Assembly: GCF_006345805.1 (NCBI RefSeq)
Contig: NW_021823666.1
Coordinates: 1-21,272 of the forward strand
Reading direction: 5' to 3'
From: Octopus sinensis
Taxonomy: Eukaryota
DNA: 21,272 bases
In this document: positions 9,580 to 19,211 of the stretch, piece by piece
Layout: every line of letters begins with the position of its first letter
How positions within the stretch are numbered: position 1 is the stretch's first letter
Program-made: the position numbers and the translations under genes
The notes under the pieces: model-generated
Told to the model about the DNA's origin: nothing
The model's database searches: none
What the model saw: only the letters and a program-made list of their open reading frames with translations

Positions 9580-10293
9580 GATCACATGTATTTGAGTCGA
9601 CTTTCCTCTTCAGTATTGGATTTTAGGCATGTTTTTTTTTTTTAATTTGAAAATTTAAATACGCCATCATTAATTTATTTCCAACAATTAGATTCGTCTT
9701 CTTATTCAATAAGAAAAGGACGCTGATAGATTTGACAAGTTTATTTTTTCTATATTTGAACTTTCATAAAGCTCTTCTTGAAATTAATTAACATTGATAA
9801 AATCCTGGTCCAAGTCCACTAATATCAGAACCAAATGAAATTCCCATTCAGTTGTATTTCTCATCACCTTCAATTGAAATATAACGAATAAATGTTATTA
9901 CACGGTTCCAATATAATATTCTTGTACGCTATTAAAATTATTACCATAATTTTTTCAGGCGACTGAATGATGGAAAAGATGCAGTTTTGCCTTGCTCCGT
10001 TTTCCTTTCCTTAAAATCCATTATTTCCCCTCCATTAAACAAATAATTGATAACACAGCCTTGCTAAGGAATAATGAAGTCACTCAATTAAGAAAAAAAT
10101 AAGTGGCGGTAAAATAAGCTAATTGAATCATCCAGTTGGAATCTGGAAATCTCGAAGCTAAATAATGAGTCTTTGTACAAAAGAAAAAGAAGATTCTAGT
10201 TTATTTCGTAATAACAAAATTTGTCGCAGAAGTTTTCGTTGCGGTAGCCATCTTATTTGCGACTAATATTTACATCTGATTTCTAATGAAGAT

Positions 10294-10487
10294 TTAACTC
10301 TTTAGCATTTAAACCAGACATATCAGATCTAAATATTCTGCCTGTTTTATGTTCAAAGCAGCTATTTCCGGCCTCTCTTATTTACTGTAAAATCTTGAAG
10401 CCACAAGATAACGCACCATTCATTCAAAACAATATGAATAGATAAGCATTACATTTGACAGAAGAATCAGAATACGAAAGGGTTTAA
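10294..10487. mobile_element. MITE with TTAA-CCC-type ends (piggyBac-like)
   Basis: Left end ttaactctttagcatt and right end aatacgaaagggtttaa are imperfect inverted repeats ending in TTAA; non-coding interior. Confidence 0.6.
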
Positions 10488-10725
10488 TTTAGAACCGACG
10501 AAAGAATAAATCAACGTCTACAAACAATTAATTTTCGCAATAAAATTGGTTGGTATTTCTAAAATTTATTAGTATAAAATTAATTTGTATAAAATAAATT
10601 AGTATTCGGCCAAATGAGTTGATGGTCCGACTTGTTGCTTATGCGTGAAACACCGACGTAAAGAGCACGGACAAAAATTATACTTTATTCCCAAACCGTT
10701 TTTCCCTTCAACAACCGGAAAAGAT

Positions 10726-10938
10726 GTTTTAAATTTAGGGGACAAGGCCGGCAATTTCGGAGGAGGAAGCTTGTCGATTACATCGACCCCAGTGCTCAAA
10801 TGGTACTTATTTTATTGACCACGAAAGGACGAAAGGCCAAATCAACTCCGGTGGCATTTGAACCCAGAACATCAAGACGGACGAAATGCCACGAAGAATT
10901 TTGCTTAGCATACGAACAATTCTGCCTACTCACCGCCT
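10726..10938 (-). mobile_element. SINE-A, old diverged monomer with tail variant 3 (aaattgccggccttgtccc...)
   Basis: gtcgattacatcgaccccagtgctcaaatggtacttattttattgacc...catttgaacccagaac...aattctgcctactcaccgcct is homologous to the array units. Confidence 0.85.
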
Positions 10939-11532
10939 CCATTTAGCCAAATATCAATCATTTTACATGCTTTTATTGCAGAAATTCAATTGTTTATAAA
11001 GATCTCTCGAAATATCACCAATGCTGCGTAGGAGATCATTATTTATTATTAAAATATACAGCAATTCTTAACAACAAAATCCTAATACGTAACATTTTGT
11101 AATATAAATGGCTGTTGGTTCGTTAACAAGGCGGTTTCTAATTGTATGGGGTTTCTTTGATTTTGATATCTGCTAAGAAATATAGTATCTCCGACGTCAA
11201 TGTTTAAAACTATTGTTTCAAGCACCAACCAGTCGTTTTCGTACAATAGCACTTTCTTTCCTTTCAGATAGAGACTTTTCTATTCTTACGAAATCTTTGT
11301 GATTCGCCCACAAGTGTCCTTTGAGCTAGTGTTTCAGCGATTTCATGCTTAACTCTTCCATTTATTGCAAGCACGGCATGTCGTATGTTGCCGAACAAAT
11401 CTATCTGACATTCAACTCGGTGTGCTTTCAATCGTTTCTGCAAAGTAATTAGAAATGCAGACCCAATCCTAATGGTTCGTCTTTATATTCGCAGCCTGAT
11501 ACGACGGACTATAAACAATTAAGAGAAATGGT

Positions 11533-11630
11533 TACCTACCTACCTACCTACCTACCTACCTACCTGCCTGCCTGTCTGTCTGTCTGTCTGTCTGTCTATA
11601 TATCTATCTATCTATCTATCTATCTATCTG

Positions 11631-11665
<35 letters not shown>

Positions 11666-11684
11666 GTCTATCTGTCTATCTATA

Positions 11685-11717
<33 letters not shown>

Positions 11718-11730
11718 GTCTATCTGTCTG

Positions 11731-11781
<51 letters not shown>

Positions 11782-11850
11782 GCCTATCTGTCTGTCTACA
11801 CAGACAGACACGCAGACACGCACACACACACACACTCAAACACACACAAA
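11533..11850. repeat. Compound tetranucleotide series (CCTA)n-(CCTG)n-(TCTG)n-(TCTA)n, then (CA)n
   Basis: Direct reading; each motif differs from its neighbour by one base. ORF 11528..11893 is an artefact. Confidence 0.95.
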
Positions 11851-11877
11851 GCAATATCGAACACACATACTTATGTG

Positions 11878-12110
11878 TTTTGCTTATTATTAATGGTCAT
11901 CGCCAAAAACCAAACAACGTATTGGAAACAGAAGTCGATTGAACTGGAAGGGAATACCGGAAGGTATCAAAGGCAAACGAGCATTAAAAACATCTTCGCC
12001 GTCATTTCCACATTATTCACCACGACGATCGTTTCGACTCATCGTGCAACCGCCCGTTATGGCTAGGATATTGTGCAACTGATAGTGTTGCATCAATTTG
12101 TGCTGTTTGT
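11878..12110 (-). pseudogene. Helitron RepHel / PIF1-type helicase C-terminal fragment (decayed)
   Basis: Minus strand 12009-11878: [31 protein letters not shown] / (frameshift) LAMTINNKQ, matching the Helitron helicase pattern GEDVFIPRIPLIPSDxPFxFKRLQFPxRLAFAMTINKSQGQ. Similarity upstream of 12010 is weak. Confidence 0.8.
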
Positions 12111-12142
12111 GTCACATCATCAGGTACAAGCATAAAGAATAT

Positions 12143-12144
<2 letters not shown>

Positions 12145-12178
<34 letters not shown>
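12145..12178. repeat. (GT)n microsatellite
   Basis: Direct reading. Confidence 0.95.
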
Positions 12179-12181
<3 letters not shown>

Positions 12182-12544
12182 TATAGGACGATTTACTCAC
12201 ACGTAGCGAAAATATAAAACGATAAAAAGTATATTTTCAATAAAAGATGGAATTTATTTTGTCTGCTGTTGAACTTCTGATTTTGAGATTAGTAAGAAAG
12301 CCATAGATGGATTGTCTCTCAAGCTTTACATAAATGAATAAACCTTTGGCAAAAGAAAAGGAAATAAAAAAATGAGATAAAATAAATAAAAAAAAACTAC
12401 CAGATTAAAGCAGCCATATATATTATTTGAAAGTCGTGGATTCCATCGATGTCTGTATCGCCTAAGTAAAGAAGAAAAAAAAGAATAACTTAATTTCTTC
12501 CGAACAAAAATGATCTTTAATGTTTTAATAATGTTCTCTTGAAA

Positions 12545-13305
12545 GACGGCGAGCTGGCAGAAACGTTAGCACGCCGGGCGAAATGCGTAGCCGTATTTCG
12601 TCTGCCGTTACGTTCTGAGTTCAAATTCCGCCGAGATCGATTTTGCCTTTCATCCTTTCGGGGTCGATAAATTAAGTACCAGTTACGCACTGGGTTCGAT
12701 GTAATCGACTTAATACCTATGTCTGTCCTTGTTTGTCCCCTCTATGTTTAGCCCCTTGTGGGTAATAAAGAAATAGGTATTTCGTCTGCCGTTACGTTCT
12801 AAGTTCAAATTCCGCCGAGATCGATTTTGCCTTTCATCCTTTCGGGGTCGATAAATTAAGTACCAGTTACGTACTGGGTCGATGTAATCGACTTAATACC
12901 TATGTCTGTCCTTGTTTGTCCCCTCTGTGTTTAGCCCCTTGTGGGTAGTAAAGAAATAGGTATTTCGTCTGCCGTTACGTTCTAAGTTCAAATTCCGCCG
13001 AGGTCGACTTTGCCTTTCATCCTTTCGGGGTCTATAAATTAAGTACCAGTTACGTACTGGGATCGATATAATCGACTTTATCATCCGCTTGTCCTTATTT
13101 GTCCTCCCTGTGTTTAGCCCCTTGTGGGTAGTAAAGAAATAGGTATTTCGTCTGTCTTTACTTGCCGAGTTCAAATTTCACCGAAGTCGACTTTTCTTTC
13201 ATCCTTTCGGAGTCGATAGCAGAAGTACCAGCTGAGCACTGGGGTAGATATAATCGACTAGTTCCCTCATCCGAGATTTCAGGCCTTGTGCATATAGTAG
13301 AAAGG
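12545..13305 (+). mobile_element. SINE-A multimer array 2: headed copy, two head-less 183-nt monomers and a final diverged unit with tail variant 2
   Basis: A-box-like TGGCAGAAACG 12555-12565, B-box-like GAGTTCAAATTCC 12617-12629; junctions aaatag|gtatttc at 12776, 12959 and 13142 (period 183). Confidence 0.95.
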
Positions 13306-13446
13306 TATAATATTCTTCCTTTAAATATAAATACCTGAAGAAAGTAATCCTTTATGCATAAAAAGAAATGAAACTTTTTGACAGCAACCTACCTGAGAGT
13401 GCCATTGTGTTATGCTACAAACTTTTGTTTTAAAGAAATCTAAATT

Positions 13447-13640
13447 AAAACAACTGCAGCGTGGAAGATGTTTATAAGCCATTTAAGAACCCAAAAAAGC
13501 CCCGTTAGATTCACTTCAACATTTAAATTTAATCTGTGTCAAAATATTTTCGTCGCTTTGAAACCGCGACCTCTCCACTGACAAAACTTCATGCTGCATC
13601 ATTGAGCAGGTCGCGGTTTCAAAGCGACGAAAATATTTTG
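13447..13640. mobile_element. Partial copy of the palindromic MITE containing a perfect 33-bp inverted repeat
   Basis: 13455-13510 matches 13708-13760; 13540-13572 is the exact reverse complement of 13608-13640. Confidence 0.85.
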
Positions 13641-13646
13641 GAATTA

Positions 13647-13930
13647 CGGAGATGTACTTGCATAGCAAGTGATCTGATCTGAGATCGTGTGCTGGAACGA
13701 AAACACTTGCAGCGTGGAAGGTGTTTATAAGCCATTTAAGAAATGCACAAAAACCGTTAGAAATATTTTAACACAATTAAATTAAAATTTTAAAGTGCAT
13801 CGAACGGTTTTTTTTTTGTGTGTGTGTGTGTGTGTTCTTAAATGGCCTATAAACATCTTCCACACTGCAATTGTTTTTGTTTCTGCGCACGATCTCAGAT
13901 CAAGTCACTTGCTATGCAAGTACATCTCCG
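13647..13930. mobile_element. Complete fold-back MITE with long TIRs and TA flanks (Tc1/mariner-type)
   Basis: cggagatgtacttgcatagcaagtga ... tcacttgctatgcaagtacatctccg; TA at 13645-13646 and 13931-13932; arms stay complementary for about 100 nt. Confidence 0.9.
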
Positions 13931-14094
13931 TAAATTAAAACCTTCCACCAGAATTTCCTGTTCATTTAAGTTCCAAACACCAGCTTCATAATCACAAAGT
14001 TATTTTAAATAATTCTTTCTTTTCAAAATTTATTTAAAACAAATGTAACGTATTTCAACAAAAAAATATCGTCAGAAAAGGGTTAAAGAGTTTT

Positions 14095-14420
14095 AAAAAA
14101 CTTTCTATCAGAATTTTATATTGATTTAAGTTCATAACGACAAAGTTATTTTGATAAACTGAAACAAAGACAGCGTATTTCAAACGAACCGGGATAACAA
14201 ACAAGCCAGCCCTTTTAATTCGAACTTGCCTGAGGCCACATTTTGTCTTATGGATACAAACGTCTCGTTTTAAAATGGTATAAATTAAAATCTTTCATTT
14301 AAATTCCTAGTTAATTCATGTTTCAAACGCCAGCTGAGGATGACAGGTAATATCCTAAAATCTTCATTAGTTTAAAAATTAATTGAAACAAAGACGGAGC
14401 GTTTCAATAGAAATATGGCC
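14095..14420. mobile_element. Two further decayed copies of the TTAA-type host element family, same orientation
   Basis: Shared motifs aaa..ttc.a.cagaattt, acaaagttatttt, gaaacaaagac.g.g..tttcaa, and aaac.ccagct with 13933-14060. Confidence 0.55.
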
Positions 14421-14604
14421 TTTATTAGCGATGTGTCTCGAAGCGAATTCAGCTATAAATAGTAACTTTTAAAACATTGGACTAAAAAAAAAACAGGGGG
14501 ACGGGAAAAACAAAGGAAAAAACGTCAGAAAATCACCTGCGGCGCTGTGGTACCAATTACATTTTCCCTGTTAAGATTAAAACGTTTGATTTGAGAGGAG
14601 GGCG

Positions 14605-14685
14605 ACTTCTGTGGCTGATGTGTGATTGGTAGTACGTTTGTCTCGGTTATAGAAGATTCATGGATCGAATCCTCTCGGCAGTTTT
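14605..14685 (+). mobile_element. Possible very old tRNA-derived SINE head
   Basis: A-box-like tggctgatgtg (14612-14622) and B-box-like ggatcgaatcc (14662-14672), 39 nt apart; no acceptor stem. Confidence 0.3.
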
Positions 14686-15020
14686 CTGTCTTTTTTTTTT
14701 TTCATTTTGCCATCCAAGAAAGGGTTTAACCCAATGTATTTAAGAGCCAGCCGTCAACCGCAAACGAATATTGTTTAGTAATTTGTACCATGCTTTCGCA
14801 AATTGTTTTTGGTGCCTGTGTAGTCGCGAGCACACAAGGACACTCTCCTGACTCGCACAAAATTTAACTCAGCGGCACATCATGAGAGAGGGAACTGTGC
14901 CAGCATTCGGTTGGTACAGTATATTTACAGATGAGTAGACTGAAACAACGATCCAGGAATTGCCCGACACCCTAACCACTTGTCATACGCTTTCGTTCAT
15001 TCACTTTCTCATTCACTCTC

Positions 15021-15615
15021 TATGTATGTATGTATACATGTATGTATGTTTACTAAATAATATATAGAATATACAAATTTATGTATATACTATATAATAT
15101 ATGTATATTATATAATATATACATAGACATGTATGTTATATATATTATATAGTATACATACTTACATATATATATATATATACACATTTATATATACTAT
15201 ATAATACATATAATATATATAATGATGTAATATAATATAGTATGATATAATATAGTATGATATATATAATATAATATAATATAATATAATATAATATAAT
15301 ATAAATAATATAATATAATATAATATAATATAATATAATATAATATAATAATATATATATAATATAATATAATATAATATAATATAATATAAATAATATA
15401 ATATATAATATAATATAATATAATATAATATAATATAATATAATATAATATAATATAATATAATATAATAATATAATATAATATAATATAATATAATATA
15501 ATATAATATAATATAATATAATATAATATAATATAATATAATATAATATAATATAATATAATATAATATAATATAATATAATATAATATAATATAATATA
15601 ATATAATATAATATG
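15021..15615. repeat. AT-rich low-complexity block including a ~345-nt (AATAT)n pentanucleotide array at ~15266-15612
   Basis: Direct reading; source of the YYIIL ORF. Confidence 0.97.
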
Positions 15616-15620
15616 ATATG

Positions 15621-15800
15621 AAAGTTGCGAGCTGGCGGAATCGTTATCACGTCAGAAAAATACTCAGTGGCCTTTCTTCCGACTTTACGTTCTTAGTTCA
15701 AATGCCACTGGCGTCGTCTTTGTCTTTCAACCTTTTGGGGTCGATATAATCAACTAGCATTCTCCCTCACAAATGGTTGCCTTGTGCCCAAATTGAGACC
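15621..15800 (+). mobile_element. SINE-A, old monomer, tail variant 3, with a deletion between the two ggggtcgat direct repeats
   Basis: gcgagctggcggaatcgtt head, tagttcaaatgcc B-box-like, a single ggggtcgat, tail ttgccttgtgcccaaattgag. Confidence 0.8.
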
Positions 15801-16074
15801 AACATATATATATATATATATATGCATGCATACGCACTCTCAGAAAGATACAGACGTAGGGGACCATCTACAATGTGGTTCCAAACAAATTTTCTAAACG
15901 ATTATGACGACTCAACCCAGTCGAGGTCAGAAACCGTTTTCGGATCCCTTTTGCTTCAAATAACAGAAATACATTCTACTCGCCGTCCAAGAGTTATTCA
16001 AACCAGATTATTACAAAATAACAGAAAAATGGTTAAGTGAGATTCCATTGGTTACCATGATGGCTGATATTGAT

Positions 16075-16148
16075 AACAACAACAACAACAACAACAACAA
16101 CCAAGAACAATACCACCACCACCACCACCACCACCACCACCACCACAA
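16075..16148. repeat. (CAA)n(CCA)n microsatellite
   Basis: Direct reading; gives the poly-N/poly-H/poly-W ORFs. Confidence 0.95.
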
Positions 16149-16689
16149 CCCAACTACAACAAAACCATTAATATCGTTATCAACACTACTAATAACACTA
16201 ATAATTCTTCCCAATCTGCCAGTTGTCTAAGACGATATAAAGAATCTCATTTCATGCGGTTCTTTGTATTGGAATGAAGATCTATTCCAGAGTTATTGAA
16301 AAGCTTGCCAAAACTCTTCCTCAGCGTGGTTGGGATGAATAATCTGTACGCTGCGTGTGGCAGCAAAAAGAAAACCACACTAAAATAGCAGACCTTTTCA
16401 TTGTTTATTAAACCTGCGACATAATACATCCATTTTTGCGGCAATTCCAATAATAACATTGGAGAATTAACGATAAAAATGGTTACTGCAACACGCTGAT
16501 ATATAATACCACAGCGATTCATAATTCGTGAGGACAGATTAAGTTAAGGAAATGTGAACGACTTTTCGTGAGATTTACCAACAGAACTCCGTGTGGTGTC
16601 TTTAGCTGTTATTAATATTTAGAAGATAGAATATTTGAGAAGCCATCACATAGAGAAAAATGACGTAATTTCTCGTAGTTACACACTTT

Positions 16690-16975
16690 TTATATTCAAC
16701 CAGCAAAAAGTTCCAGAACATTCTATAAACCATTTGGTGAGAAGATTTCGGTTCACCAGTCGATTTCCTTGGAGAGCCACAAGTACAAGAGTTTACTTCC
16801 TTTTATGACAACCTTAGTCCGAAGCTGGGAAATATGAATGAGATGGTCCAAACCACGCTATCATCTCGTTACACTTCTATCCACTTTATGAAGCAGTTCT
16901 AAAAATAAGAGGACAAAGCTCGCGCTGACTTAAATCACTTCATGGTAAACAGTTTTAACAACTGGCGTCATTCTT
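16690..16975 (+). pseudogene. Possible highly decayed Tc1/mariner-type transposase fragment
   Basis: In different frames but in the expected order: SINHLVRRFRFT (HTH-like, 16722-16757), LHFYP (16869-16883, cf. LHLxPYK), VNSFNNWRH (16945-16971, cf. VNxQNxRxW). Weak. Confidence 0.3.
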
Positions 16976-17108
16976 TGCCTGATAAATGGCCGTTACGGAT
17001 AGGAAGTGTTATTATTCCGATTCCCATGGTGTTAGTCGATTTTCTAAAGATTCTAAAATTAACCAAAATCCAACAGAGGAAAGAGTGCGACTATTTAGAA
17101 AAGCAAAT

Positions 17109-17852
17109 AAGGCGGCGAGCTGGCAGAATCGATAAGCACGCTGGGTGAAATGTTTAGCGGTATTTCGTCTGTCTTTACGTTCTGAGTTCAAATTCCACCG
17201 AATCGACTTTGCCTTTCATCCTTTCGGGGTCGATTAAATAAACACCAGTTACGCACTGGGGTCGATATAATCGACTTAATCCGTTTTCTGTCCTTGTTTG
17301 CCCCCTCTGTGTTTAGCCCCTTGTGGGTAGTAAAGAAATAGGTATTTCGTCTGCCGCTATGTCCTGAGTTCAAATTCCGCCGAGATCGACTTTGCCTTTC
17401 ATTCTTTCGGGGTCGATTAAATAAGTACCAGTTACGCACTGGGGTCGATATAATCGACTTAATCCGTTTGTCTGTCCTTGTTTGTCCCCTCTGTGTGTAG
17501 CCCTTTGTGGGTAGTAAAGAAATAGAAATAGATATTTCATCTGCCGCTACGTTCTGAGTTCAAATTCCGCCGAGGTTGACTTTGCCTTTCATACTTTCGG
17601 GGTCGATTAAATAAATACCAGTTATGCACTGTGGTCTGTTCTTGTTTATCCCCTCTGTGTGTAGCCCCTTGTGGGTGGTAAAGAAATAGAAATAGATATT
17701 TCATCTGCCGCTACGTTCTGAGTTCAAATTCCGCCGAGGTTGACTTTGCCTTTCATACTTTCGGGGTCGATTAAATAAATACCAGTTATGCACTGTGGTC
17801 TGTTCTTGATTATCCCCTCTGTGTGTAGCCCCTTGTGGGTAGTAAAGAAATA
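17109..17852 (+). mobile_element. SINE-A multimer array 3: headed copy plus three head-less units (184+6, 164, ~157 nt)
   Basis: Junctions at 17341|17342, 17531|17532 and 17695|17696; the last two units share a 26-nt deletion. Confidence 0.95.
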
Positions 17853-18671
17853 AGGAAAGTAACTGCCATAGTCAGCTTTCAACTTTTGCATATTTTCTCT
17901 CGTGTATCTCCAATGGAATATATTTACCTTGAAAAAGAAAACTATTTCAAACAGTATCAGAGTGACTTTTTCCAGAAATTCAGATATCAAAACAAAGGTA
18001 TTTTTGTTTTTGCAAATGTGATAACACATAAACGACAACTTCTTCTATGTAGTTATTAGTTTTGTGAACTAACTCCCCGGGAAATATCTTCAGTTTACGA
18101 AGTAATGAAGTGCTTCAACGTAAGTAGTTAACGTAGATAAGAGAACTAGAAGAAAACATCAAATGTCTGCCTCGCAGAATCGAACCATTGAATGCCATCA
18201 TAAGACGTAAGGTGAATAGGTTCACAGTACACGAAGTGCGTTTTATGGAAAGGAAAAGAGAAAAAAATTGACTGAAATGTAGGAATCTTTTACACAACAA
18301 ACCTTCGAGGGGAAATCATTAACTTCAAAGCACGAAGCCAAGAGTGAAAAAATTTGTTATCGGGAAAAAAATATATTAAGGAGAGCCAACATTAACTTTA
18401 CATTTGCTTCTAATTCACAAACAAAGAGATAAAGGAAAACTGAATCCATAAAAATGAGCACCATTCTTGGAAAGATCTTAAATTATCTTAATTAGAAAGT
18501 ATCATTGCTAGATGCAATCAAGAAAGAAGACTGTCTACTGTACCAATATCAACTGTGGAACTTGCATAATCAATACTTAAGTTTACGCCAAAGCTTTGCG
18601 AAAGCTGCATACCAAGAAGTCACTTGATATTCGACTGGTTGTACAAGATGTTGAAGATCTAGAGAAAGTCA

Positions 18672-18745
18672 TACACACACACACACACACACATACATAC
18701 ATACATACATACATACATACATACATACATACATACATACATACA
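18672..18745. repeat. (CA)n(CATA)n microsatellite
   Basis: Direct reading. Confidence 0.95.
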
Positions 18746-18769
18746 GTTCGAATTTATAGAAAACAAAAG

Positions 18770-18880
18770 ACGAAGACAGGTGAGGGAACAACGAACAGGT
18801 GTATTAGTTTGACGTTCGGGCGGGAAGAATGGAAAAGTTTTTGACGTTTCGAACCTATGCTCTTTGACAGAAAGGAATTA
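18770..18880 (-). mobile_element. PLE-like terminal fragment with hammerhead-like motif
   Basis: Minus strand 18875-18843: ccttt-ctgtcaa-a-gagc-atag-gttc-gaaac-gtc; homologous to 843-875. Confidence 0.55.
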
Positions 18881-19029
18881 GAGGGGGAAAAATGGCGAGA
18901 GAACAAAAAAAAAACAAAAAAAAAACAGAGAGAAAAAATATGTATAGGGATTAACTGTTCAACATGGTGAAATGGTTTGAAGGAAATGTGACAAACAAAA
19001 GTTGAATCTTCCGCTGGATTGATCCGGTC

Positions 19030-19211
19030 ACTTTGTGGGATATGATCTTCGTGTTTTGCAAAGCTAGCTCTTCCTAGTTTTTAAAAATTTTTTACACCGA
19101 CGTGCAGTTCCTTCAGTTTGTCTTTTATGCAGTCTTTACCTCTTCTTCTATAGTATACAGCTCGCAGTAGAATATCTGCTTTGGAATGCTACAATCTTCC
19201 ATACAAATAAC
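19030..19211 (-). mobile_element. RTE-type LINE relic, downstream part
   Basis: Minus strand VICMEDCSIPKQIFYCEL / RRRGKDCIKDKLKELHVG / *EELALQ matches the RTE GHVxRMxDxRIPKQIFYGEL...KDxxKxxLK pattern. Confidence 0.8.

Larger units (their letters stand above)
13370..14086. mobile_element. TTAA-type MITE-like host element interrupted by a palindromic MITE composite
   Basis: Right end aaagggttaa at 14077-14086; interior 13933-14070 is homologous to 14095-14200 and 14270-14420; left end (aaactttttgacagcaacctacctgag) is degenerate. Confidence 0.5.

Noticed and set aside
9959-10050. Acceptor-like site followed by RLNDGKDAVLPCSV (Ig B-strand-like)
   Set aside because: Stop soon after, no donor, no other Ig motifs; likely chance.
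10640-10663. Minus-strand LYVGVSRI resembling PIF1/Helitron motif VI
   Set aside because: Only 8 residues, 1.2 kb from the helicase fragment, and preceding spacing does not fit; insufficient.
12545-12640. SINE heads as tRNA genes
   Set aside because: A/B-box-like motifs are present but there is no complete cloverleaf or acceptor stem, and they are fused to a repeated body.
12777-12959. SINE-A monomer as a hammerhead retrozyme
   Set aside because: No CUGANGA/GAAA core on either strand by eye; another ribozyme class cannot be excluded without a covariance search.
15777-16522. ORFs 15777..16040 and 16247..16522
   Set aside because: Short, no recognisable domain or splice support.
17835-18670. 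ORF 17835..18059 and short open frames near 18500-18670
   Set aside because: Non-ATG or SINE/microsatellite-overlapping starts and no recognisable homology; may be decayed TE but cannot be supported.
843-18875. The two PLE-like motifs are exactly 18,000 nt apart
   Set aside because: Numerical coincidence; no surrounding segmental homology or LTR-like pairing.
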